From Chiloscyllium plagiosum (lineage: Eukaryota), in NCBI RefSeq assembly GCF_004010195.1, contig NC_057719.1, positions 52,381,529-52,443,380 of the forward strand: 61,852 nucleotides of DNA. Direction: 5' to 3'. Position numbers and translations under genes: made by a program. Below, piece after piece: positions 24,771 through 37,275 of this stretch (its first letter is position 1; each line of letters opens with the position of its first letter). Under the pieces are notes generated by a model. That model did no database searches, had not been told where the DNA came from, and saw only the letters and a program-made list of their open reading frames with translations.

Positions 24771-25809
24771 GTAGCCACTAATAACCACATTTAAATTATA
24801 GTGAACAGAACCACAATATTGACCATGGTCCACCCATGGCCCATTCAAATTCAGTTTAAAACAACAGGATGGATGTCTGACCAGATGCCTGATTGATCAT
24901 TGTGCAGCTTCCTGATTGGCTTATTGTCAATCCAACTTTTACACTGCACCTACAGGACTGACCCTAACCCATAATGTAGGTGTATCATTGATATAACATT
25001 GCCATAAAGCAATATGACCTTGAATCATCAACATGAAAACTGTCTAGCTTTGTATCCGTGCTAAAAGTCAAGGCAAGACAAAAGTACTATGACCTCTCAC
25101 ATTCTGAATGATGTATAAGTACATACAAAGGCTAGGAAAAGCAGAGCTGATGTGAGCATCCAAGTAAACACCAACTAAGTGTACGCTAAGAATATAAACA
25201 AAGAACTCTGAGTTACATCCTGTTCCAATGTATGAGGTGGGTGCCTGTCCTTCTAGGCAAAATAATCTGGTAGCAGCATTGCAACATAAATTGTCAATGA
25301 ACTCCAAAGTGCAGTCTTGAAGGCTAACTTGGTATTATAAGTTAGCGTGAGATGTGAGGCTGGGACGTATCTGATATGGAAGGAAAATGCCCATGGAGCA
25401 TGCTCTGAAATGTTGGGGAATGCTGGCCTATGTGAATGCCTGGTAGACATCAAGCTGAACAGGTAACTGCTCTGATTTTCATATCCACATTTGACGCTGT
25501 CTTGTTTCTCTCCACGACCTGGGAAAATATCCACTTGTAGATAAATAAGGTAAAATGAGGTAATAACAAGATGCTGAATCATTTATAGTAGTTCTTTCCT
25601 ATTCATTCATGAGAATCTTACCTAATCACTAAATCCTTGAACTCAAAAATCAGGTATTTTCCCCTCAATGGTTCAATTCTCATTTTCTCATTGAAGTCAT
25701 ATTTTCAACTGTTTCGTCATTAAAGACCTGGAAAAATTTAGCCCTATGTCTGAAAAAAGGAATTGGGTATAAAAATGGGTATACAATGAAGGGAGAATTA
25801 CAGAGATGG

Positions 25810-28050
25810 AACAAAAGAGCTCCTGCAATGTCCAACTGAGAAGAAAATCTGCCATCCTCACCTGGTCTGACCTACATGTAACTCCAGATACACAGCAATG
25901 TGGTTGACTCTCAACTGCCTTCTGAAATGGCCTCGCTAAGATGTCTCAACAAAGAAATGAAACTGGACGGACCACCTGGTATCAACCTCAGCACTGGAAT
26001 GGACAATGGCAGAAACAGCCAAGCAGAGGTGACTGCATTGGAATATAGTCAGGAAGGAATTGCCCTGGGAGTGCTCAATATTGATGCCAGACCCTGTGAA
26101 GTCTCATGGCTTCAGGTGAAAAATGGGCATGGAAACCTCTTGCTGGTTACAATGTACTGTTCTCCCTATGCTGATGAATCATGACTCCTTCATGTTGAAT
26201 GACACTTGGAAGAAGCTCTGAGGGTACTGAATGTATGCTTCAGTGTCCACATCCAAGGCTGGCTTGGTAGCAGGAGCACTGAGTCCTTAAGGATATAGCT
26301 GCTAGACTAGGTTTGCAGCAGATAGTGAATGAACCAACAAGAGGGAAAAAAACATATTCTCATTCTCACCAGTCTGCCTGCCGCAAATGCCTCTGTCCCT
26401 AACAATACCAATAAGAATGACCACTATATAATCCCGTGGATTATCTGAAATCCTGATTTCAGATTAATAATACCTTATATTGTGTTGTGTAGCACTTGTG
26501 TTGTGCAGTGATAAATGGGACAGATTCGAACAAATGTAAAAATTTGTCTGGGTATCTACGAGGGTTGTTGACCATCAGCAGCAGTGGATTTGTACTCCAA
26601 GACAGTCTGTAACCTCATGGTCCAGCATGGACCTCACTCTACCATTACCATCAAGCAGGAGGATCAACCCTCGTTCAATGAAGAGTGCAAGATGGCATGA
26701 CAGGAGCAGTACCAGTCATACCTAAACATGAAGTGTCAACCTAGTGTAGCTACAAAGCACAACTACTTATGTGCCAAGCAGCATAAACAGTAACTGATAG
26801 ACGGAGCCAAGAGATCCCACAGCCGACAGATCAGATCCAAGGTCTGCATCTTGCCACATGCAGTCATGAATGGTGGTGGACAATTAGACAAATCACTGGA
26901 GGAGGAAGCTCCACAAATATCCTGTCTTCAATGATGGAAGAGCCCAGCAGATCAATGTAAAAGATAAGGCTGAAGTATTCGCCATAATCTTCAGCCAAAA
27001 GTGTTGAGTGGATGATCCATCTCGTCCTCTTCCAGACGTCCCCACCATTGTAGATGCCAGTACTCAACTAATTCAATTCACTCCATGTGATATCAAGAAT
27101 TGGTTGGAGACACTGGATAGTGCAAGGGTTAAGCATTTGAAAACATGTGGATAATGATACTGAACACTTGTGCTCCAAAACCTGCCATTCTCCTGGCCAA
27201 GCTGTTCTAGTTCAGCTACAAAATTGATATCTACCTGACAATGTGGAAAGTTACCTGGGTGTGTCCATAAAATGTGGAACTAATCCAACCTAGCCAATCA
27301 GTCTACTCTCAATCTGTAAACTGATGGAAGAAGTAATCAATAATGTTATCAACCAGCTCTGCTCAGTGACACCCAGTTTGGGTTCTGCCAGAACCACTCA
27401 GCTCCTGAACTTATTACAACCTTGGTTCAGACATGGACAACAGAGCTGAAGTCCAGAGATGAGGTGAGAGTGACAGCCCTTGACATCAAAACTGCATTCG
27501 GCTGAGTGTGGCATCAAGGAGCCCTAGCAAAATAGGAATCAATGCTATCAGGGGGCTACTCAACACAGGATGTAGTCATAGCTGGCACATAGGACAATGG
27601 TTGTGGCTGGAGGTCAGTCATCCCAGCTGCAGGAATTTTTCAGGGTAGTGTTCTCGGCTCAACCATCTTCAGCTGCTACATCAATGGCCTTCCCTCGATT
27701 TAAAGGTTAGAATGGGATGTTCGCTGATGATTGCGCAATGTTCAGCACCATCATCAACTCCTCAAATGCTGAAGCAGTCCAAGGTTTGGGCTATAAAGTG
27801 GCAAGAAACATTCATAGCACACAAATACAAGGCAATAACCATGATTAATAGAGACAATCTAACTACCATCCCTTGATATTCAGTGCAATCACTATCCTTC
27901 TCTAATGGTAGTGTGTGTGTACCTGTACCAAGTGGACTGCAGCAGGTCAAAATCTTAGCTCAGCGCCATCTTCTCAAGGACATCTAGGGATGGCAAATAA
28001 ACGCTGGCCTGCCAGCAACACCCACATCCAAGAAGTGATTAAAAGAAATA
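25810..28050 (+). mobile_element. CR1-group LINE family B, decayed EN-RT and 3' tail
   Basis: EVSWLQVKNGHGNLLLVTMY (endonuclease); CAGGGTAGTGTTCTCGGCTCAACCATCTTC (QGSVLG) and TTCGCTGATGATTGC (FADDC) of RT. Confidence 0.85.
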
Positions 28051-28346
28051 AGTCTTGGAGAATAGAAGATGTTGAAGGAGAAATATATATATAGGGGTAA
28101 ATTAATTATATTTTTTAACCCCATCAGTTTTTCACTGCTGCACAAAAGTATAAATTAATTTCTATTTCTCTTCCGAATCTAAAGATGTCTTATGAGTTCA
28201 GGTGTTATTCTCAGCAGTGATTGATAGCTGGATTGTCAAGTGAAGAGTTTATCAAAATTAAACACAACTCTATTTTTATTCTACGTGCACACTTGAATAA
28301 TTCCAGAGGGCCTCAGAAATATGAAGGAATGTGTATCTACCTGATT

Positions 28347-28478
28347 CAAAGCTGATGAAGGGTTATGCCTGAAACCTTGATTCTCCTGCCCCTCGGATGC
28401 TGTCTGACCTGCTGCGCTTATCTAGCATCACATTCTCAACTCTGACCTCCAGCATCTGTTGTCCTCACTTACTCCGAC
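28347..28478 (+). mobile_element. Solo family-A PLE pLTR with a 10-bp TSD and a hammerhead motif
   Basis: CTACCTGATT at 28337-28346 and 28479-28488; CTGATGA-A-GGGTTATGCCT-GAAAC at 28352-28375. Confidence 0.85.
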
Positions 28479-28584
28479 CTACCTGATTGTCTAACTTAGT
28501 CACTGCTATAACCCTGCCACTGCTTTAGCTATCAGTTAGCTCAACTCAAATTAGTGATCCAATCTGGAGGTCTGTCTGAAATGT

Positions 28585-29420
28585 GTAGTCATAGAGTCAC
28601 ACACCATAGAAACAACTCCTTTGACTCACTATGTCTATGCTGATCAACAAACAGTAATCCCATTTAACTGCACTTGGTCTATAGTCTACTATGCCCTGTT
28701 ATTTTAAGTACTCATCCAGCTCCTTCCCAAATGTTGTGTATGTATCTACCTCCATCAGCCTTTCAGGCAGCACAGTCTATATTTCCACAAACCTCTGAGT
28801 GAAAACATTCCTTTTCCTTTCTCCTCTAATCCACTTTAAACTTATGCCCTCTGGTCTGAGACATGTCTGCCATGGAGAAGGGATTCTCACAATCTATTCT
28901 GTCCATACCTTTCATAATTTTGGATCCCTCAATCAAATCCCTCCTCCTCCTTATTAGTCTTAGCAGGTTCTAGAAACTCACCATCCCAAATAAATTCCCC
29001 AGTTACTATGTGGTTCGCTTCTGTGAATACAGATGAGAAGTATTCCTTTAGGACTTCACCACATCCATTGGAACCCCACATAGATTATCCCTTTGGTCTC
29101 TAATAGACCAAAATCTTTGTTGCTAATCCTTAACACAGAAAGCCTTGGGATTTTTCTTAATCACATCTGCCAATGATATTTCATGGCCTCTTGTTACCCT
29201 GCTTATATTTTAAAGCAACCTCCCACAATCTCTATAATTTCGAAAGACCTTCCCTGTTTTTAACTGTACTGGATCTGGCAAGTGCTTCTTTCTTTTTCTT
29301 TGCAAACTCTCAATATCTCTTGACATCCCAGGTCCCTTGTTTTTCGCTGTTAGAGGAAACTACTTTGCCTGAATTCTCACTATATTACTACACTTGCTTT
29401 CCGGAATTGGTCAAATCCTA
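28585..29420 (-). mobile_element. Old CR1 LINE fragments
   Basis: GTCATAGAGTC tail, TTAAACTTATGCCCTCTGGT and CCTTGGGATTTTTCTTAATC resemble other CR1 copies in the window. Confidence 0.65.
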
Positions 29421-30900
29421 ATATTTGATTTTTGGAGCTGGTTAACTTGCTAATTTTATACAAAGAAAGCTGTGAAAATCATCTCGATAACAATCAGGCC
29501 TTTGTTGAGTTATCAAATGAAGTTGATATGATAAAATGTTATTCGTGAACAGATATTGATTTAATGGGACAATTACAAACAAATACTCTAATCATTGGCT
29601 ATAAGATGATTACAATTTCTTTTACTTCCATTTATTCCTTTCAGAATTGTAGCAGGAACTTTGTGATGATTGCATCCTTCTAATATTTCGTTTTTTCTTT
29701 AATATTGCTTCAGTGGCTACATAAGTGAAATCCAGCAGCAAATGCAAATGAGGGAGATAAATGTTGATCATTTTGATGTGGGAAGAACAACTTGTTCATA
29801 ATTTGGCAAGTATTTCAACCATTATGGTTAACAAACAGAATCTAACATACAATCTGACTGAAGATAAAGCTATTTTCCCTCCCTCATGGTAATATGGCTT
29901 TGCTAACACAATTCCTACATATTATTTGGCGGAATGTTACTTTTTGAATGAAATACACTACTTGGAGTGCAGTGAGCTGATCTTTGACACAGACGAAATT
30001 CACAGATCCTGCTTATATATTCTTTAAAAGCATAAGAATGCCCATGTTTCATATTCAGCTCTGTATTGCTCCAAGAGCATTTCCCTTGTGCCCCATTAAA
30101 TATAGGAAGCAGCAAACACTAAGCAAATGCACAGACTCACAGGAAGTGGACAACAGCCTTGGAGCTTCTTGGAATTATGACATCATGGAGAGAGACAACA
30201 AAAGCACATCATGAGCATCATGACTGAAGGTTGTGAAGTTTGACAGATGTTTTACTTGCTTAGAGGGATCTGTCAGCATAAAAATTCAATGCATTTTTCA
30301 TGGCCACTGACTGACATGATAATAATTGATTCAGACAATCTCTGCCCTCGAACTGGTTTCCTGTACAGGACACAGCCTTGATTTCTTCTCTTCCTAGCCT
30401 GTATGAGGGCATCTAAATCTAAAGTACAATTTATTTGTCTCAAGTGAACAGTATTAGAGGATATAGTTTCTCACAAGCTTAAAAGCATGGCATGTGTCTG
30501 GCACAAACAATGCTTTCTACAAACAGCTGTCCAATGCCTTCTTGGATGATTTGATGAAACTGAAAACTATTGGGAATTGATCAGACTTCCTTTAGATTTT
30601 CATCTTTCTGCATTCCAAAATCAGACTTAGTGAAGACAAAATGAGCCATTACATTCTTAATCATCTGAATGTTGTTAAACATCTTAGGCTGCATTTTATG
30701 GCCTTCCACTGGGTGTGCTTTCACTGGGGCAGCAGTAAAATATGACAGTTCACCACCTCAGTTCACCATCCACAGGCAATTTCACTTAATGGAAAAATTG
30801 TAAGTCTAGTTATCTAATTTCTTCTTTTTGTTTGGAATCTACAAACTTTGAGAATTTTTTTTTCCACCCACGTTATTTCTAAAAAGACTGTGTCATCTGT

Positions 30901-31387
30901 CTAGGCGAAAGTGAGGACTGCATATGCTGGAGATTAGAGTCAAGATTAGAGTGATGCTGGAAAAGCACAGCAGGTCAGGCAGCATCCGAGGAGCAGGAAA
31001 ATCGATGTTTTGGGCAAAATCCCTTCATCAGGAATGAAGGCAGGGAGTCTCTGGGGTGGAGAGGTAAATGGGTAGGGGGTGGGGCTGGGGAGAAGGTAGC
31101 CAAGAGAACAATAGGTGGATGGAGGTGGGGATTAAGGTGATAGGTCAGACCGAGTCTGTTTCAGGACATGGTTGAAGAGCTTCAGGGCAGAGGAGATGAC
31201 CTGGGGGTTGCAGTGAAAGAGAGACTCACTGAGATTCTTATAGAGAGAGGAGAAGAGCTTCTTTAAGGTAGGCATCCTTGCAAGAGGATTCGCAGTAAGG
31301 TTAAAATCAACTAGGCAAAAGTGAGGACTGCAGGTGCTGGAGATCAGTGTCAAGGTTAGAGTTGTGCTGGAAAAGCACAGCAGGTCA
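30901..31387 (-). mobile_element. Internally deleted Penelope-like element with partial-tandem pLTRs
   Basis: 30901-30977 is repeated at 31311-31387. The intervening ORF start (TANPLARMPTLKKLFSSLYKNLSESLFHCNPQVISSALKLFNHVLKQTR) is fused to 3' UTR. TSD GTCATCTGTCT at 30892-30902 and 31384-31394. Confidence 0.85.
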
Positions 31388-31669
31388 TCTGTCTGTCCAA
31401 CCTATGTGCAACATGTGTTTAGATTTAAAGTGGTATACTTTAAGTTTACATCAGTAATTTACAATCTGTTTTTGTCACACGACAAATATTTTTTTTTTGT
31501 TTTCTTGTTTGTTGATTAAACCTGTGATTGTAGTCACAATGATGTATTAATCAGCCTAGAGGTTAAAATAGTCATATTTCACACTTATGATTACTCATAG
31601 AATAATGGGGCTTGATTTCAAATGTACTACTCTGATTAGGGATGTGGCACTAACATATTTTGTTTTTAA

Positions 31670-33350
31670 CTCACTCATAGGATGTGGAAGTTACAGGCTG
31701 GGCTAGCATTGACTGCTCATCACTAGTTGATCTTGAGATGGTAATGGTGAGCTGTCGACTTGAACTATTGCAGTATATTTGATGTAGATATGTCCAAATA
31801 ACATTAGGGAGGGAGTTCCAGTGTTTTGACCCAGTGATCCAGGAATGCCTGTCATATTTCAAATCAAGATAGTGAGTGGCTTGGGAGGAAACTTGTAGGC
31901 AGTGGTGTCCCCATGTCTCTGCTGCACTTGTCTGGTAGTTGTCATGGATGTGGAAGGTGTTATCTGAGAAATTTTGGTGAATTTCTGCTGTGCATTATGT
32001 AAGTAGTCAACCCTGTTGCTACTGAGCATCAGTGGTGGCAGGTTTGAATATTTGTGGACATGGTGCCAATCAAGTAGGCTGCTTTGTCTTGGGTGGTGTT
32101 ATGATTGTCTTGGGTGGTGTTATGATAACTGGGGATTAATCCATTCCATTCCTAACTTGTGCCTTTTGTAGATGATGGACAAGCTTTAGGGAGTCAAGAG
32201 CTAAGTTACTAGCCGCAGTGTTCTGACCTGCTCTTGTCGCCACAGTACTTATAATTAGTCCAGTTCAGTTCACTGTCAATTGTTACCCTGAGGATGTTGA
32301 TAGTGGGAGATTCAGTGATGGTGATGCCATTAAATGTCAAGGGGCAATGGATTGATTCTCTCTTGTTGGAGATGGTGGTGTGTGGGGGGAATTTTATATA
32401 CTATTTGTCAGTACAAGCCTGGATATTGTCCAAGTTTTGTTGTACTTAGCATGGACTGCTTTAATATCTGGGAAGTCACAAATGGTGCTGAATAATTTGC
32501 AGTCATTGGTGAACATCCCCATTTCTGGGACCTTTGTGATGGAGGGAAGGTCATTGATGAAGCAGTTGAAGATAGTTGGGCCTAAAATGAGGAACTCCTG
32601 CAGCGATGTCCTAGAAGTGAGTTGACTGATCTCCAACAACCACAATCGTCTTCCGATGTGCCAATATGAATTCAACCATTGGAGAGATTTCCCTAGATTC
32701 CCATTGACTCCAGTTTTTCTGGAGCTCCTTGATGCCACATTCAATCAAATGTGGCCTTGATATCAAGGGTAGTCATTCTCATCTCAGCCCTGGAATACAG
32801 ATATTTTGTTCATTTTTCAACCAAAGCTGTAATGAGGTCAGCTTTCTTGAAATCAAATGGGATGCTGGAGATCTTAGGAGGAGGCCAAGATGAATCATCT
32901 ACTCAACACTCCTGATTGAAGATTGCTCCAAATAGCCTTATGTTTTGTCCTGATATGTAGCTCTTCCCCATCATTGAGAATTTGGGTATTTGAAGAAACT
33001 TGTCCTGTAAATAATTTATTTGCCCTTCTCCATTCCTAACGAGGTGTGGCACCACTGCAGAGCTTAGATCTAATCTGGGGGTTATGGGACCACTTAGCCT
33101 AATTATTGCATGTTGCTTCTGCTCTTTGGCATGCAAGTAGTCCTGCATTAATTCTTCACCAGACTGAGAGTTGTTTTTATATTTGTCTTGTCTGCTCTTG
33201 ACATGCCCCCCTGCAATCTTCATTGAATCAGTGTTGGTGCCCTGTATTGTTAGCAATGGTAATGAAGTATTATACCATACCATAAGGTGACAGTTTATTG
33301 CTGGTGACAGCCAATACTGCTTATGGATGCCAATTTTAAGTGCGAGATGT
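31670..33350 (-). mobile_element. CR1-group LINE family B
   Basis: ILGPTIFNCFINDLPSI...MFTNDC (RT); homologous to 26640-28040. Confidence 0.85.
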
Positions 33351-33879
33351 GTTTAAAATCTATCCTATCTAGTTTACAGGTAATGCTGTGTATGTAATAG
33401 ATGAATGAGAGTAGACTTTGGGTCAGTGAAAAAGGAAATATATAGGGATCTTATTAGAGGCAAGACAGACAACACACAATCTAGGTAAATCTAGGATTTT
33501 CAAGTTAACGTGCTTGAAAATCCAACACAGAGACACATGGAGACATCTAAGAATGGAGGGGGAAAACCAGGATTTGAACATATAAATCACAATATGTTGG
33601 AAAATGGGCGAAAATGTGAAACATTTCATAACATTCTCTAAACCACATGGAAATAGGAGTGACCACAACATTGCTTTTGAGGTAGTGGAAGAAGAGATTA
33701 AGAAGAGGATCTGAATAGTTCACACATCTTACAAAAACTGGAATGACTAGAACCCCTATGAATTCCTGTGGCAACACCATGTGTCTGAAGTAAATGAATA
33801 TGTTTAAAGAGAAGTTATTCAAGGTGAGAGTAATTTCAGCATTGGATGGGTGAGTCAAGTTACCAACCTTTGAGAAAGG

Positions 33880-34200
33880 TGGGCAGCACAGAGGGGTGGC
33901 TCAGTGCTGCCTCACAGTGCCAGGAATCCGGATTCGATTCCAGCCTCGGGCAACTGTCTGTGTTGAGTTTGCACATTATCACCACGCCTGTGTGGGTTTC
34001 CTCCCACAGTCCGAAGATATACAGTCAGGTGAATAGGCCTAACTAAATTGCCCATAGTGTTCAGGGATGTGTAGGTTATGTGCATTAGTTAGGGATAAAT
34101 GTAGAGTAATGGGGCATGGATTTGGGTGGGATGCTCTTCAGTGAGTCGATGTGGACAAGCTGGGCCTAAGGGCCTGTTTCCACACTGTAGGGATTCTAAT
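33880..34200 (+). mobile_element. HE1-type V-SINE
   Basis: tRNA-like head (GGATTCGATTCC), V-core and GGGCCTGTTTCCACACTGTAGGGATTCTA tail. Confidence 0.9.
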
Positions 34201-34654
34201 TCGAACTGAAGGTCAATATCCAGGACACTGCTGTGTCTAACTATGGAGAAAAATCATGATGACTTTTAAAAAGATTACTGGTTATTATTTTATTTGTTCA
34301 TTTCCTTGTACCAAATGTAAAATAATGAAATGAGTAAACATGGCTACTTGGCAGACTGTCAAGCACCAATCAGCTAAGTAATGAGTCTTATTGTTTTCCA
34401 ACTATTGTAGGAAGTCAGTGCATCATGAGAATGGATGAGTTGGCTGAATAATGCCTGGAGTGTGGGGGCAAGTCATGTGATGAAATCTGCAGGAATACAT
34501 TTAATCACAGTTAGTAAACATAGTAGTGAGATGTCAGATAGTCAGGGGTGTGATTAATTGGGAACTATTCAAAGAAGATACAGTACATCCCCAGGCCACT
34601 CTGGTGAAGGATATTGTTCTGTAAGACTTGTATATCCATAGCAAAATCGAAACA

Positions 34655-34736
34655 AGATTCTAGATTAGTGTGGTGCTGGAAAAGCACAGCAGTTCAGGCA
34701 GCATCCGAGGAGCAGGAAAATCGACGTTTTGGGCAG
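34655..34736 (-). mobile_element. Family-A PLE pLTR fragment
   Basis: GTGCTGGAAAAGCACAGCAGTTCAGGCAGCATCCGAGGAGCAGGAAAATCGACGTTTTGGGC. Confidence 0.8.
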
Positions 34737-36544
34737 TCCTTGTTTTTACCAAAATGGAAACATCAGGGCCAGGAGCATGGGACAATTTCACTAAGTCTGA
34801 CTGCCTTGACATCTAGTGCCTTTTAAAAAATGTCAGTTAATTGCACATGACAGTATTTGGTTTTTTTTCTTTGCATGAATAATACAAAATTGGACATCGA
34901 GAAATGGTAGTGAGCAGAATTTTACAGTTCTCTGCTGGGAGGTTTGCAGACTAGACTAGACTAGGGTTTGTAAGATTCCCTGGTGCCCTTTCCATCATGC
35001 CCTAACTGTCTGGGGATCGACCAAGCCAAGAGAAACAACTCTGCCTTCACCTTAATTGAAGCTTTTATATGGCCATTTAGTCACTTAATGGCCAATTCCC
35101 ACCACAGCATCAATTTTGAGTCTGGTGGAAGAAGCTCAGAGCTAGGAAGGGGGGCAGGGAAGCTAGAAGGTCAACCTGTTCAGGCCATGGGTGTGAAGGG
35201 ATTATTGCTTCCCTCAAGGTCCACAAATTTCTCAATCTTTGTCCTTTCTGTGGGTGCTCACTCACCCCTTGATCTCTCCATCAACACCTTACCACATTGT
35301 CTGGCAGCTCTCCAAGTTGGCTCATTATCCCATCTCTGGCCATTTATCTCTTGAAGTGGGAGTGGGAAACCTTCAAAAACTCTTATTCTGTGTTATAGTG
35401 GCAGTGAATTTAATAACTACCATCATGGTTCAAACTGTACCTTAGCTTGGTATTAAAATGAAAATCCAAAATAAAGCACTAATAATAAAAATCAACATTT
35501 ATCTATGTATGAAATTGAATACACAATTATGAAAATAAAGCAAACCAAGAAAGTCCCTCCAACCTGTTCAGCTTTCTTTAAAATAAATAGTCTTTTCTTT
35601 AAAGCATTGGGTGAACTTTAATGTAGAGCAAACAAAATTTCATTATCAGCTGAAACAGAAGATTAAGTTGGCTTTTTTTCCGAACACTAGTCGATTTAGT
35701 GAAGCATCTTCACACTAATGGACAGTTAAGGGTTTTACTTTCTGTCAGACGTTGTTGTAGTGTTTCCAATAGATAAATTCTTGAAATGTATCAGTCTTGT
35801 GATAACGTTAACAGGAATTTGTGTTCATTTATACAATCACAAGCTCAAAGTTGAATTCTTTACTTCTCTTTTACTTTCCTTTTCCTTTCTATGAGCTCAA
35901 ATTGAAATATATGATTGCTAATTCACTTTCTGAGTGAAGGAAGTGTGCAATAAATCCTTCTGAAAAGGAAAATAAAAACCTAGGAATATAAATGTAAATG
36001 GTACAACTGGTTATGCCTGACTTATAAGTGTAAATTGTGCATAATCAATTCAGAAAAAAAAGCAGAAATCTGTCACACCAGATTCAAAGTCATTTTGACA
36101 CCTTATTCTACATTTTTCTGCCAAATTCCCGCTTTCATTTGTGCTTAATCATATTAAAATTAGGCCTGACGATTTTATTCAGATGTCTGAAGAGATTCCT
36201 GTTTTTTAGGTTGCTGTAGTGCTAAGTTATGTATTTATTTGAATGGATACCGAGTGCAATTCATGGACATGAGTTCACTATCTTTATAGATAGATTTGGC
36301 ATTTATTTATATTTAATTTTTTCCCCATATTTTATTACACCTAATTGGTGAGCTAGTCAATTGCTATCATTTTTTCGACATGCATTTCCCATGAATCCCA
36401 CTTCTCATGTTTCTCCGAAGAACAAACAATTAAGGTATACCAGGGACCACGTGAGACTGAACCCCAACTCAAAGATTCATGCATGGATGCATCTTAGTAG
36501 CACTAATTATGTAAAATTGTCTTCTTGGAGTCCAAGTACAGGGT

Positions 36545-37275
36545 TTCCTTGATTGGAAATTCCAAGGATGGGTAGATTATGAGAAAATGTTGGACGGATT
36601 AAGCCTGTTGGATGTTAGAATGAGAGGTGATCTCATTAAAATATAGATGATCCTCAAGGGTCTTATTGGGTGGATGCTGAAAGGCTTGTGGAGGAGAATA
36701 ATAGCACTGAACACAGTTTCAATTTAAGGGGTTGCACATTTAAGACAGGATGAGAAATATTGTCTATCAGAGGGCGGCATAGTGTCTCAGTGGTTAGCAG
36801 TGCTGCTTAACAGCAACAGGCACTCAGATTTGATTCCATCCTCCGGGTGACTGTCTTTGTGGAGTTTGCACATTCCCCCACAGTGCAGGTTAGGTTAATT
36901 GGCCATAGTGTCCAGAAATGGGCAGGTTAGGTGGATTCACCATGGGAAATGCAGAGCTACATAGGAGAGGGGGATGTGTCTGTGGTGGTGATGCTCTCCA
37001 GAGGGTCAGTGTGGACTTGATGAGCCCACTGATGTGATTCTACACTATAAGGATTCTATGGTAAGAAAATCTTTGGAACTCTCCTCCCACATAGCAGTAG
37101 ATGCAGGGTCAGAGGAAGGTAGATGCTTGACTAATAAAGGACTCAAAGTTTATCGGGGTAGGTCAGAATGTAGAGTTGTGGCCACAACCTGATCAGCCAT
37201 GACTTTATTGAATAGTTGAGAAAGTCTGAGGGCCAAATGACCTACTCCTATTTCTGATTCATGAGTTTGTATGTA
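36545..37275 (+). mobile_element. Old CR1 3' end carrying an HE1-like SINE insertion (about 36773-37060)
   Basis: GAATGAGAGGTGATCTCATT (RGDLI) and GATCAGCCATGA...ACCTACTCCT tail; the nested SINE reads GGGCGGCATAGTGTCTCAGTGGTTAGCAGTGCTGC...GTGGAGTTTGCACATTC. Confidence 0.75.

Noticed and set aside
32084..32125. 21-bp tandem duplication; a similar one lies at about 54793-54847
   Set aside because: These are ordinary slippage duplications inside decayed TEs.
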